A stretch of DNA of 64,000 nt from the NCBI GenBank assembly GCA_965223845.1, contig CBDCXR010000004.1, positions 3,552,001 through 3,616,000 on the forward strand, in the 5' to 3' direction. This stretch comes from Planctomycetota bacterium. GTDB lineage: Bacteria > Planctomycetota > UBA8108 > SXIK01. The first letter of the stretch is position 1; each line of letters opens with the position of its first letter. The notes beneath the pieces were generated by a model, which did no database searches, was not told the origin of the DNA, and saw only the letters and a list, made by a program, of their open reading frames with translations. Made by a program: the position numbers and the translations under genes. Shown in pieces: positions 1-9,365 of the stretch.

Positions 1-472
1 AGACGGATCCCGCGGCTCGGCGGACATCGCAGAATGGCGCCGCACACTCGGGTCGGCGCGTCGACTTTGGACCGACGCGGCGGAGGAAGAGACCGAGAGC
101 CTCAGCGCCGTAGGGCTCCAATCGCTCCGCGAGCTCGCACGCGGCTCGACGAGGCTGGAACGGGATCTCGATCTCTTCTCGGCGTATCTCGGGACCGAGT
201 CGAACGCGAGCTTCGGACGCAGCTTCGACGCTGTCGCCGACGAAGCTCTCGCCGCCGTGGGCGAGCTGCTTCCGCGAGCGCCCGGTCTCGGCTCCCTGCT
301 CCGGCGGTTCGCCGAGTTTCCGTCGACGACCGGCGCCGCCGCCCTCCCCGAACCGGCAAACTCACCGGCCTGGTCGTGGGTGGAGTACTTCTACGACAAC
401 ACCGGACGTTCGCTCCGCCGGCTCCGCGGCGAAATGGACGCCACCCGCTCGGGCCGGACCTCGACTCGCTGA
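1..472 (+). CDS. 3' end of a hypothetical protein (begins before the window)
   Basis: Frame 2 is open from base 2 to TGA at 470-472 (DGSRGSADIAEWRRTL...AWSWVEYFYDNTGRSLRRLR...) with protein-like composition; it converges on the 489-875 gene. Confidence 0.55.
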   Translation, partial: DGSRGSADIAEWRRTLGSARRLWTDAAEEETESLSAVGLQSLRELARGSTRLERDLDLFSAYLGTESNASFGRSFDAVADEALAAVGELLPRAPGLGSLLRRFAEFPSTTGAAALPEPANSPAWSWVEYFYDNTGRSLRRLRGEMDATRSGRTSTR

Positions 473-488
473 AGGCCGGTCGCCGAAG

Positions 489-875
489 TCAGCTTCCCTC
501 GGTCTCCGCCACGGCGGTCTCACCCGCGAGGGCGACGGCCTTCCCACAGTGGGGGCACTCGACGTCACCGTCGAGGCCGTTGATCTCCCGGTAGAAGCGC
601 TGGAGATACGCGAGGTCGGCCGCGAACAGATTCTCGATCACGTCGGGCGAGACGGCGTCCCCCTCGAGGGGACCGAGTCGGACGACGACTCGCGCGAGCA
701 GCAAGATGACCAAATACGCGCGGTTTCCCCGTACGCGCGGATCCTCGAGAGGCAGGATTTCGTCGCCGGCGCGCGCGAGACGCATGCGCCCGTCGCGGAA
801 GAGCTCGCCCCCTCCGGCTCCGTCGCCGGAGTGCAGATAACCACGCGGGAGCGTAAACGCGAATTCCGTCTCCAT
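489..875 (-). CDS. Phage-tail/extracellular contractile injection system tail-assembly-chaperone-like protein
   Basis: TEFAFTLPRGY...GRMRLARAGDEILPLEDPRV...NRAYLVILLLARVV..LG...IENLFAADLAYLQRFY.IN...CPHC matches the small protein of eCIS/PVC-like tail clusters that usually precedes DUF6760. Confidence 0.8.
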   Translation of the reverse strand: METEFAFTLPRGYLHSGDGAGGGELFRDGRMRLARAGDEILPLEDPRVRGNRAYLVILLLARVVVRLGPLEGDAVSPDVIENLFAADLAYLQRFYREINGLDGDVECPHCGKAVALAGETAVAETEGS

Positions 876-883
876 GGGGCGAT

Positions 884-889
884 ATTATA
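884..889 (-). promoter_or_regulatory. sigma70 -10 box TATAAT, 8 nt upstream of ATG 875 (probable leaderless transcript)
   Basis: Perfect TATAAT in high-GC DNA with no SD sequence between it and the ATG. Confidence 0.55.
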
Positions 890-1066
890 TCCGAGGCGCC
901 GTCCGAACCGTACGCCCGCGTTTCGTCGTCGAACGAGCATGCGGTTTCTACGGGCCGCCCGCCGCGAGACGAGCTCGGCCCGGTGTGCGGGTTCCGGGAG
1001 ACGTGGGCGGGAGCGTCGACTGCCGGTTGAAAAACCCCGCGGAGCGGTCGATAAATCAGAGAGACC

Positions 1067-1975
1067 ATGGGAATCCACGACCGCGAGTACTATCGAGCGA
1101 CGAAGAACGGAAACGCGCTCGCCCGGATCACCAGCACCGCCATCGGCACGATCATTCTGATCAATGTCGTCGTGTGGCTGCTTCAGGTGTTCACGAAGAA
1201 GGGGCTCGATCCCGGCCCGATCACTTCGTTTCTCGTGGCGAGCCCCGGCGAGGTGTTTTCGAGCTTCCAGGTGTGGCGCGTCGTCACCGCCGTGTTCGCC
1301 CACGACCCAGACGGTCTGTGGCACATCGCCTTCAACATGCTCGTCCTTTTCTTCGTCGGTCGAGAGATCGAGTCGATGCTCGGGACGAAGGAATTCTGGA
1401 TCTTCTACCTCACCGCGGGCGTGCTCTCGGTCCTCGCCGAAATCATCGTGATGCAGCTCACCGGAAGCGCGGGAGCGGTGCTCGGAGCGTCGGGGTCCGT
1501 CATGGCGGTGTTCGTCCTCCTGACGTTGTTCTATCCGACGCGGACGGTCCTGATCTATTTCGTCGTTCCCGTCCCGATCTGGCTTCTCTGCGCGCTCTTC
1601 GTACTCGGCGACCTCTCCTCTGCGCTCAGCATGAACTCGAACGGAGTCGCGAACTTCGCTCACCTCATGGGCGCGGTGTACGCCGTCTTCTTCAAACAGT
1701 TCGACTTACGTTGGTCACAGCTCAGTCGTCGCTTCGGGCGGGGACCGAGGCGGCCGAAGCGCCAGCGCGTGCGCGCACGCGCTGCGGCCGAGGGCAAGAT
1801 CGTTCCGTTCCGAGGCGAAGCGCCCCGCGACGCCTCGCACGAAACGCGGGAAGTTTCGGAGCGGATCGACATCCTTCTCGCCAAGATCTCCGCCGACGGT
1901 CAAGACAGCCTGACGGAAGAAGAGCTCGAATTCCTCCGCGAGAACTCGGGCCGATACCGGAGTCCTGATCGATAG
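1067..1975 (+). CDS. Rhomboid intramembrane serine protease with C-terminal DUF6576-like domain
   Basis: WR motif (QVWRVVT), H..FNM, catalytic GASG and AHLMGA, multiple TM helices; the tail IDILLAKISADGQDSLTEEELEFL is typical of this family. Confidence 0.9.
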   Translation: MGIHDREYYRATKNGNALARITSTAIGTIILINVVVWLLQVFTKKGLDPGPITSFLVASPGEVFSSFQVWRVVTAVFAHDPDGLWHIAFNMLVLFFVGREIESMLGTKEFWIFYLTAGVLSVLAEIIVMQLTGSAGAVLGASGSVMAVFVLLTLFYPTRTVLIYFVVPVPIWLLCALFVLGDLSSALSMNSNGVANFAHLMGAVYAVFFKQFDLRWSQLSRRFGRGPRRPKRQRVRARAAAEGKIVPFRGEAPRDASHETREVSERIDILLAKISADGQDSLTEEELEFLRENSGRYRSPDR

Positions 1976-2000
1976 TCGTCGAACGCGACTCGAGGAGAGC

Positions 2001-2546
2001 GTGGCCCGTCGCGAGAAAAGGCAGCTCGGAGTCGTTTTGACCGGCGGTCCCTGCAGCGGCAAGACGACCCTGGTGAACGAGCTCGAAGCGTGCGGCCATC
2101 GCGTCGTACGCGAGGCGGCGCGCGACATCATCGAGTCGACGGCGGAGCTGCCGGATCCGGTCGCGTTTCAGCGGGAAGTATTTCGCGTCCAGATGGCGCG
2201 CGAGTCCGAGGCCTTGGCTTCCCCCTCGCCGTCGGGGGCGGTGTTCTTCGATCGATCGATCGCAGACGGGCTCGCGTACCTCCGCATTCGCGGCCTCGAA
2301 CCGCTTCCCGAGATCGAACGCGCGTGGAAGGACCGACGTGCGAGCTACGATGTCGTCTTCGTGCTCGCCCTCCACCCCGACTATCCACCAGCGACGTATC
2401 GCCGAGAATCCCTCGCGGAAGCGATCGCGGTCCACGACGCCATTCTCGATGTCTATCGCGAGCGCCACCCGCGCGTCGTCGAGCTGCCGTGGGCGCCGGT
2501 CGACGCACGCCGCGAGAAAATCGACACGTTCCTCGCGCAACTCTGA
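2001..2546 (+). CDS. P-loop ATPase/kinase (AAA_28, NadR/Ttd14-like)
   Basis: Walker A GGPCSGKT, VREAAR, FFDRSIADGLAY, YDVVF. Confidence 0.8.
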   Translation: MARREKRQLGVVLTGGPCSGKTTLVNELEACGHRVVREAARDIIESTAELPDPVAFQREVFRVQMARESEALASPSPSGAVFFDRSIADGLAYLRIRGLEPLPEIERAWKDRRASYDVVFVLALHPDYPPATYRRESLAEAIAVHDAILDVYRERHPRVVELPWAPVDARREKIDTFLAQL

Positions 2547-2630
2547 CCGCGCGCCTCGCGACGACGATCGGCGCTCCGGCTGCTCCCCCGCGCACCCTTC
2601 TTCCGTGCGCTTGGGGTACACTGGTGCGCG

Positions 2631-4889
2631 ATGTCGAACCTACCCCACGCCCTCTCGCTCTTCATTCAACGCGCACACTCGCTCGCGGAGATTCTCCAGC
2701 ACACCGTCCGGCTGATCACGGAGGAGATGGGGACGGACGTGTGCTCGATCTACCTCCTCGAGCCGGGGACGAGATCGCTCGTTCTCACCGCGACGGAAGG
2801 ACTCTCGCCCAGTGCGGTCGGGAAGGTTCGTCTCGAGCTGGGCGAAGGCTTGACCGGTCGCGCCGTCCAAGAGATGCGCGCGCTCGCGGTCGAAGACGCG
2901 TCGTCGCACCCCGGGTACCGGTACTTCCCCGAGACCGAAGAAGAGCGATTCCACTCTTTCCTCGCCGTTCCATTGTCGATTCAGACGCGTCCCGTCGGCG
3001 CCATCGTCGTCCAGACGAGCACGACACGATCCTACCGCGAGGACGAGATTCAGACCCTCACGACGATCGCCGCGCAGCTCGTCGGCGTCGTCGAGAACGC
3101 GCGTCTCGTGGAGGCACTCGAGCGGCAACACGCCGATCGGTACCTCGACGGCCTAGCGACGTGGTCGGAAGGCACGGGACGAACGGATCTTCCCGACGAG
3201 ACTCTGCGCGGTACCGCGGTCTCGGCGGGAATCGCGATCGGGCCGGTCGTGCGTCGCGGCATGACCGACGTCTCCGTCGACAATCTCGAGCGATCGAGCG
3301 AAGGCTACGAGGCGGAGTGGTCACGCGTCGAAACGGCGATCTCGCTCACTCGCCGCGACATCGCGCGCATCCAGGAAGCCGCGGAGAAGGAGACGGACGA
3401 GGAGCACGCGCTCATCTTTTCGTCGCACCTCCTCGTCATCAACGACCCGGTCGTCCACGACCAAATTCGAGGCCGGTTGCGGGAAGGGCACCCCGCCGAA
3501 CGAGCGGTGTGGGACACGGTCGAGCGCTTCGTCGAGAAACTCGCGAGTGTTTCCGACGCGTACATCCGTGACCGCGTCGAAGATCTCTACGATCTCCGCC
3601 AACGATTGCTCTCCCACACCGGGAGTGAGCACTTCGAAAGAAACCTCGGCGAGAAGGTCGTCGTCGCGCCGACGATCGCCCCGTCGCTCGTGATCGAGCT
3701 CAAGGCCGAAGGTGCACGCGGGATCGTCAGTCTTCACGGCGGCGCGACCTCGCACGGGGCGCTTCTCGCTCGATCGATGGGAATCCCCGCGGTGACCGGA
3801 GTCGGCGCCGCCGCGCGGCGCATCGCTCCGGGCGAGCTCGTCGTCCTCGATGGCGGGGCCGGGAAGCTCGTCCGCTCGCCGTCGGCGGAGACCCTCGCTC
3901 GCTACGAAGCGCGCGCGCACGAGCTGTCGGAACGCGCGCGCTCGACGCGAAGATTCTTCTCGCTCCCGGGAAAGACCGCCGACGGCCGGAGCGTCTCCCT
4001 TCGGGCGAACGTCAGCGTCACCGCGGATCTCCGCACCGCGAGCGAGGTGGGAGCGGACGGCGTCGGCCTCTACCGGACCGAGTTTCCGTTTCTCATCCGC
4101 GAGCGCTTCCCGACGCTCCAGGAGCAGGTTCGCATCTACGAGAAGGTGTTCGAGCACTTTCCGCGCGGCCCGGCCCGCTTTCGCCTTCTCGACCTCGGCG
4201 GAGACAAACTCGTTCCCGTCGAAGGGATCGAGGCCGACCGCGATCCCTTCCGCGGGTTCCGGTCCCTGCGCCTTCTCCTCAGTCACCCGGAGATCTTGCG
4301 CGAGCAAGTCGCCGCGTTCGTCCGGGCCGCGGCCGGTCGGCCGGTCGAGATCCTCATTCCCATGGTGACGACGCTCCCCCACCTCCGTGAGGCGATCGCG
4401 CTCATCCGAGACGCCGCCGCGGACGCACCCGCGGGTTCGGTGAGCATCGGCGCGATGATCGAGGTTCCCGCGGCGGTCACTCTCGCCGGCGCATTCGCGC
4501 GCGAGTGCGATTTCCTCGCGATCGGCTCGAACGACCTCGTCCAGTACACGCTCGCCGTAGACCGCGAAAACGAACGCGCCGCGAGCGAGGACGATCCGTA
4601 CCACCCCGCGGTGCTGAACGCCATCGCTCAGGTCATCGCGGGAAGCCACGAACACGAGAAGCCGGTGACGCTGTGCGGTGAGATGGCCTCCGAGCGGCGA
4701 TTCGCGGCGTTACTGATCGCGCTCGGGATCGATGCACTCAGCCTCGCTCCCGGGGCGATTCCCGAGCTGAAGCGTCTCCTCAGCGAGACCGACATCACGC
4801 CGGTGGAGGAAGCGCGCGACTCGATTCTCGCGATCGAGACCGGCGGAGAGATTCGCTCGGCGCTCGCGCATCTTCTCGGCGAGGGCTAG
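2631..4889 (+). CDS. ptsP: GAF-domain PEP-protein phosphotransferase (Enzyme I-Ntr)
   Basis: N-terminal GAF (DVCSIYL...GEGLTG...YRYFPETEEERFHSFLAVPL), phospho-His motif GGATSHGALLARS, GVGLYRTEF, MIEVP, GSNDLVQY, CGEMA. Confidence 0.93.
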   Translation: MSNLPHALSLFIQRAHSLAEILQHTVRLITEEMGTDVCSIYLLEPGTRSLVLTATEGLSPSAVGKVRLELGEGLTGRAVQEMRALAVEDASSHPGYRYFPETEEERFHSFLAVPLSIQTRPVGAIVVQTSTTRSYREDEIQTLTTIAAQLVGVVENARLVEALERQHADRYLDGLATWSEGTGRTDLPDETLRGTAVSAGIAIGPVVRRGMTDVSVDNLERSSEGYEAEWSRVETAISLTRRDIARIQEAAEKETDEEHALIFSSHLLVINDPVVHDQIRGRLREGHPAERAVWDTVERFVEKLASVSDAYIRDRVEDLYDLRQRLLSHTGSEHFERNLGEKVVVAPTIAPSLVIELKAEGARGIVSLHGGATSHGALLARSMGIPAVTGVGAAARRIAPGELVVLDGGAGKLVRSPSAETLARYEARAHELSERARSTRRFFSLPGKTADGRSVSLRANVSVTADLRTASEVGADGVGLYRTEFPFLIRERFPTLQEQVRIYEKVFEHFPRGPARFRLLDLGGDKLVPVEGIEADRDPFRGFRSLRLLLSHPEILREQVAAFVRAAAGRPVEILIPMVTTLPHLREAIALIRDAAADAPAGSVSIGAMIEVPAAVTLAGAFARECDFLAIGSNDLVQYTLAVDRENERAASEDDPYHPAVLNAIAQVIAGSHEHEKPVTLCGEMASERRFAALLIALGIDALSLAPGAIPELKRLLSETDITPVEEARDSILAIETGGEIRSALAHLLGEG

Positions 4890-4912
4890 CGGGTCCTCAC
4901 GCTCCCCTGTCC

Positions 4913-6127
4913 TCAATCGAATCGCCATTCGAGCGCGAGGTGGAACGCTACGTCCGGCGAGGCCGCGCTGCTCAAATCCTCCGAGAATCCAACGCGGATG
5001 AGACCTCGTTCCCCGAGGTCGACCGCGACACCGAGCGTGCCGATGACCTGGATGAGATCGAGCTCCTCGACGTCGGTATCCTCGAATACATTGCTGATCG
5101 CATCGATCTGAACGAGGATCGCAACCGGGTCGGCGACGCGCCACTCGATCGCTCCGGCGGTCGAGAACACGAAGTCGGCGAAGTCGAGCCCTGCGCGGCG
5201 GAGGCGCCGCGGACGATCGTAGAAGAGCGCGTCGGCGTTCCAGTAGAGCGATACGTCTTCGAAGTCGCGCTGCACGATGAAGCCGACGCTTCCGTCGACG
5301 CCTCCGCTCCCGAACCCGCTTCGCCGATCTCCGGTGGGGAGCTCGATACCGGCGCGCGCCGCGATCGTGAACGGAGACACCCCCTGCTCGAAAAGGCGGT
5401 ACTTGAGTTCGATCGGCAGATCGACGAGGGCGAAGCGATCTTCCGCGAGCTTGTACACCGTCCGGCCGCCGGCGGTCACTACGTGGTGGAACTGGTCGTC
5501 CTCCGCCGTATCGCTCCGGGGGAGTCCGGTCGTGCGGTGAAAACCATCGATCCCATCGTCGAGAAACCCGCTCGTCGTATAGTGAAACGGCACGCCGATC
5601 GTGAGCTCGAGGCCCTCGGCGATCGCGTACGTAACGGCGAGGTCCCAGCGGAGGATCTCACCGTCAAACATCGCGTCGGCTTTCGCGCTTCGCGAGCCGT
5701 CGGAAATGGACGCGTACTGAAGCGACGTCCGAGCCCGCAGCTCGCCCGGGGCGAGGGTCGCGGCTCGGTCGGCCACCGGGTGGTAAAAGATGAGTGAGAG
5801 TCCACCCAGCGATCGGACGGGAAACGGTCCGACGCTGCGGGGCAGTTCGCGACGTGCGCCGGTCGCCGGTCCGCTCTCCAGCTCGTCCTCGGAATTCCCG
5901 CGCTCGTCCACGGATTCGTCAGATTCGGTCGGCGCGGGTTCCGAGAGGGCGAGAGCAAGCGCGGTCGACTCGTCGCCCGCGAGACGCGCAAACTCCGGGA
6001 AAACGAGTCCCACGATCACGATCGCGACGACGCGCGCGCAGCCGCGTCGCGCTCGGGACGTCGATCGAAGGGCGTTCGCGATCGTCACCGGGGCTCTCCT
6101 CACCTGCTCGCTCGTCGACCGCACCAT
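4913..6127 (-). CDS. DUF3187-like outer-membrane beta-barrel protein (start uncertain)
   Basis: N-terminal hydrophobic segment, GPFPVRS, DGEILR, SGFLDDGIDGFH, ELPTG..GFGSG, amphipathic beta-strands ending LEWRFD. Confidence 0.7.
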   Translation of the reverse strand: MVRSTSEQVRRAPVTIANALRSTSRARRGCARVVAIVIVGLVFPEFARLAGDESTALALALSEPAPTESDESVDERGNSEDELESGPATGARRELPRSVGPFPVRSLGGLSLIFYHPVADRAATLAPGELRARTSLQYASISDGSRSAKADAMFDGEILRWDLAVTYAIAEGLELTIGVPFHYTTSGFLDDGIDGFHRTTGLPRSDTAEDDQFHHVVTAGGRTVYKLAEDRFALVDLPIELKYRLFEQGVSPFTIAARAGIELPTGDRRSGFGSGGVDGSVGFIVQRDFEDVSLYWNADALFYDRPRRLRRAGLDFADFVFSTAGAIEWRVADPVAILVQIDAISNVFEDTDVEELDLIQVIGTLGVAVDLGERGLIRVGFSEDLSSAASPDVAFHLALEWRFD

Positions 6128-6315
6128 CGCGCTCGGCGCCTCCGCGGTCGGCGCTCGCTCCTCTCGCCGCGCGGCGCACCGACGCGCAGAACGGTCGCGT
6201 GGTACCACAGCGGCTCGCGTCAGTGCAAGCACGCGCGACGACTGGGTCGCGATGACGCGACGATACTCGATCGCGCGTGTCCGCCGTTGCGGGCGCGCAA
6301 CGGAGCGAGTCCAAT

Positions 6316-7071
6316 ATGGGGCCGATGGCCTCCGCTCACCCTCGCCTTCTCGACTACTCTGCGTCCTCGCCCGCCGAGAATCTCGCGCTCGACGAGGCGC
6401 TTCTTCGTTCGGCCGGCGAAGCGATCGGGGGCGGATCGCCGGCGGCAGAGAACGAATGGCTGCGCTTCTGGGAGAGCGGGGTTCCGTTCGTCGTCCTCGG
6501 TGTCTCGGGGAAATGGCGCGAGGAGATCCGCGAAGAAGCCTGCGCCGCCGATTCCATTCCGATTCTTCGGCGGGCGTCGGGCGGTGGAACGGTCGTCCAG
6601 GGACGGGGCTGCCTCAACTTCTCCCTGGTTCTCTCGATCGGCCTTCGCCCCGAGCTCCGCGACGTTCACGGGAGTTACCGCCACATCATCGATCGCGTCG
6701 CCCGCGCGCTCGGGCCGGAGGGCGCCGCCCTCGCGGGGACTTCCGATCTGGCGATCGACGGGATCAAGATCTCCGGCAACGCGCAGAAGCGGTCGCGAGA
6801 CGTAGTCCTTCACCACGGGACCGTTCTCTACGACTTCGACCTCTCGCTCCTCGACCGCTACCTCGCGCATCCCCCGCGCGAGCCAGAATACCGTAAGGGA
6901 AGATCCCACAGAGACTTCTGCCGAAATCTATCGCTGGGAGCGACCGAACTCCGCGGACGGATCGCCGAGGAGTGGCGCGCGTGCGCGAGCGACCGGTCGC
7001 AAGCGATCCCCGCGGTGGACGCCCTCGTCGCAGAGAAGTACGGGCGGGATGACTGGAATCTCCGGTTCTGA
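6316..7071 (+). CDS. Lipoate-protein ligase/octanoyltransferase family protein
   Basis: NLALDEALL, LRFWE, RRASGGGTV, KISGNAQKR, HHGTVL. Start is ATG 6316 or 6325. Confidence 0.9.
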   Translation: MGPMASAHPRLLDYSASSPAENLALDEALLRSAGEAIGGGSPAAENEWLRFWESGVPFVVLGVSGKWREEIREEACAADSIPILRRASGGGTVVQGRGCLNFSLVLSIGLRPELRDVHGSYRHIIDRVARALGPEGAALAGTSDLAIDGIKISGNAQKRSRDVVLHHGTVLYDFDLSLLDRYLAHPPREPEYRKGRSHRDFCRNLSLGATELRGRIAEEWRACASDRSQAIPAVDALVAEKYGRDDWNLRF

Positions 7072-7123
7072 CGACTCCGTGCGATTCGCATCCGCGCCCG
7101 ATGGGAAAAACCGCGAAATCTCC

Positions 7124-7150
7124 GGAACCGCGTCCGGCGACGCCCGTATT
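7124..7150 (+). promoter_or_regulatory. ECF-sigma-type promoter GGAACC-N15-CGTATT upstream of the sigma gene
   Basis: Fits the general ECF consensus GGAAC-N16-CGTA; a second copy lies at 9232-9258. Confidence 0.6.
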
Positions 7151-7400
7151 AGATGAGAGGCGTTTCGATCGGATGGGATCCCCGAGCCGGAGACTGAAAC
7201 TCGGCGCCGCCCCGTTCGGTCGACGTACGGGCCGAACGTGGGAGCCCGATCCGAGAGACCCCATCCGAAGCGAATCGAGACGACGCATCGAAGGAAAGAA
7301 ACGCCGAAGAATGGGATTTCCGAACCGCCATCCGGGACCAAGCCGAGTGCGCCGCGCGCCGTCGAGCGAAGCGCCTCGAGGCGGGGCCGACGACTCGACG

Positions 7401-8009
7401 ATGACCCTCGCGCACCTCGACGACTCAGATTGCGTCGTTCTAGCACGGAGCGGACACGCGGGTGCGAGCGAGGAGCTCGTCCACCGCTACACTCCGATTC
7501 TCTATCGCCTCCAGCTTCGCGTTCTGGGCGATCGCGAGAGCGCTTCGGACGCCGCGCAGGAGACTTTTCTGCGCGCGTTTCGCGCTCTCGACTCCTACGA
7601 CGCCCGACGGAGCTTTCGCGCATGGCTCTGCACGATCGCCTGGAACATCGCCCGCGACCAGTTGCGAAGGCGACGGACCCGCCGGGAACTCGAAGCCTCG
7701 CGTCGCGCGGGAGCGTCCACGTTCGCCCCGTCGGAGATCGTCGACGCGCAGGCTGAATCGGCGCTCGACGCGCTCGCGCGGCGAGAGCGCCGCGACTGGA
7801 TCCAGGCGGGTCTCCTCGAGCTGCGGCCCACGCACCGCGTTCTGCTCTCGCTCCGCGAATTCGAAGGGATGTCGTACGGAGAGCTCGCGGAGCTCTTCGA
7901 CTGTCGAACGGGAACGATCAAGTCGAGACTCAATCGCGCGCGCCTCGAGCTCAAGCGAGTTCTCCTTCGTCACAATCCGCATGCGTTCCTCTCCATCGAC
8001 AAAGGATAA
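7401..8009 (+). CDS. ECF RNA polymerase sigma-70 factor (start 7311 or 7401)
   Basis: Region 2 DAAQETFLRAFR...SFRAWLCTIAWN; region 4 LREFEGMSYGELAELF...GTIKSRLNRAR. Confidence 0.92.
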   Translation: MTLAHLDDSDCVVLARSGHAGASEELVHRYTPILYRLQLRVLGDRESASDAAQETFLRAFRALDSYDARRSFRAWLCTIAWNIARDQLRRRRTRRELEASRRAGASTFAPSEIVDAQAESALDALARRERRDWIQAGLLELRPTHRVLLSLREFEGMSYGELAELFDCRTGTIKSRLNRARLELKRVLLRHNPHAFLSIDKG

Positions 8010-8078
8010 CGCGATGGATCGACCGCTCCGGTACGGCTCAGATCAGTCAACACTTCCGGTCCACTCGGTGCACCCGCG

Positions 8079-9218
8079 ATGAACTGCTCGACCTGCGAAG
8101 CTCATTTCTCCGACGCGTACGAGTCCGCCCTCACCCCGTCGCGCCGACGGGAGTTCGAGCGGCACCTCGATGGCTGCACGGAATGTCGCCGCGGCTTCGC
8201 GGAACTTCGCTCCGTCCTCGCCCGATTGCGCGACGTCGCCCCTCCGTCTCCGCCGCCGGATCTCGCCGATCGCATCTGCGAGACGCTGGCCGCCGATCGA
8301 GCTGAAGCCGCACCGGTGCGCGTCCCCAGTGCGCGGCGCTGGCGACCGTGGGCCGGGATCGCTGCGCTCGTGCTTGTTACGATCAGCGCGTTTCTCATCG
8401 GCCGGTCGCTGTTGCGCGCGGAACGCGACGCTTGGCGGAGTCGCGCGACGGCGAGCGAAAGTGATGTCACGCGGCTCGGCGAGTCGGTTCGGCAGCTCGA
8501 AGGCGAGATCGAGCGCAGCCGGCGCGAGCGCGAGGCGATGTTCGCACGACTGGAGCAGCGGAACCGGACCGAAGGGGATTCGGCCGACGCGGCTCGTGCC
8601 CGCGCGGACGAGCTCGCGCGCGAGCTCGAGGCGACGACGGCACAGATCGAAGCCTTGACCGCGCTCGTCGCCGAGATGCGTTCGCGGCATCGCGAAGTGG
8701 AATCGGAGTCGTACCGACTGCGAACCGAGCTCGCGGAGGCGCGTCGGGCCGCCGATGCCACCGCGGCGAACGAAGCGCCGGCCGTCGGGGAGCAGACCGA
8801 CGCTGACGAGTCGGTCCTCATCGCACGGGCGGATCACCGCGAACAAACGGAGTGGACCGCATCGGACCGAACGCCGGCAGCTCGACTGCCGCGCACTCGC
8901 GTCGTGCGGCGTGGGTCGACGGTCGAGCTTCAAGTCGCGGGTTCGGAGTCGGACTACGTTCCCGAGCTCCTTCGCCTCGCACGCGAAGGCGATGACCCCG
9001 AGCTCGTCGACGCCGCGCTCGTCACGCTCGAAGAATCACTCCTCGTCGAGGCTCCCACCGCTCGACGCGGGCGAGTGCGCCCGCAGCACCCCGACCTCGC
9101 CTCCTGGTTCGGACGGCAAATCGGCCGGGACGCCACTCCCGTGGCGGCGACGCCGCTGACGCGAGAGGTTCGTCTCGAGCGCTGCCTCGCCGCCTGGGAG
9201 TTGAAGCAGAGGCGATAA
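8079..9218 (+). CDS. Zinc-binding (zf-HC2/ZAS) anti-sigma factor with TM helix and long extracytoplasmic coiled coil
   Basis: MNC...HLDGCTEC (HxxxCxxC), one TM helix (WAGIAALVLVTISAFLIG), then an A/E/R/L-rich heptad region; directly follows the ECF sigma gene. Confidence 0.85.
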   Translation: MNCSTCEAHFSDAYESALTPSRRREFERHLDGCTECRRGFAELRSVLARLRDVAPPSPPPDLADRICETLAADRAEAAPVRVPSARRWRPWAGIAALVLVTISAFLIGRSLLRAERDAWRSRATASESDVTRLGESVRQLEGEIERSRREREAMFARLEQRNRTEGDSADAARARADELARELEATTAQIEALTALVAEMRSRHREVESESYRLRTELAEARRAADATAANEAPAVGEQTDADESVLIARADHREQTEWTASDRTPAARLPRTRVVRRGSTVELQVAGSESDYVPELLRLAREGDDPELVDAALVTLEESLLVEAPTARRGRVRPQHPDLASWFGRQIGRDATPVAATPLTREVRLERCLAAWELKQRR

Positions 9219-9231
9219 TCGCGCCGCCGGC

Positions 9232-9258
9232 GGAACCTCGCGCTTCCGCGCACGTACT
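9232..9258 (+). promoter_or_regulatory. Second ECF-type promoter GGAACC-N15-CGTACT upstream of the PDZ lipoprotein gene
   Basis: Same motif and spacing as 7124-7150. Confidence 0.6.
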
Positions 9259-9365
9259 CTGAACGGGTGGCCCATGAGGGCCGCGCGTCACGCGACACGA
9301 AGTACGTCCTTCTCGTCACCGGACGAGAAACGTTCGTTCACGAAACATCACGAAAAGGGATTCCA

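Noticed and set aside
362-500. Possible G/GT-type programmed frameshift at the end of the tail chaperone (GAGGGAAG)
   Set aside because: Not a canonical slippery heptamer; the shifted frame shows no DUF6760-like sequence and overlaps the convergent gene.
1026-1054. GGTTGAAAA / GGTCGATAA as DnaA boxes
   Set aside because: Two or more mismatches each, with no box cluster or AT-rich unwinding element.
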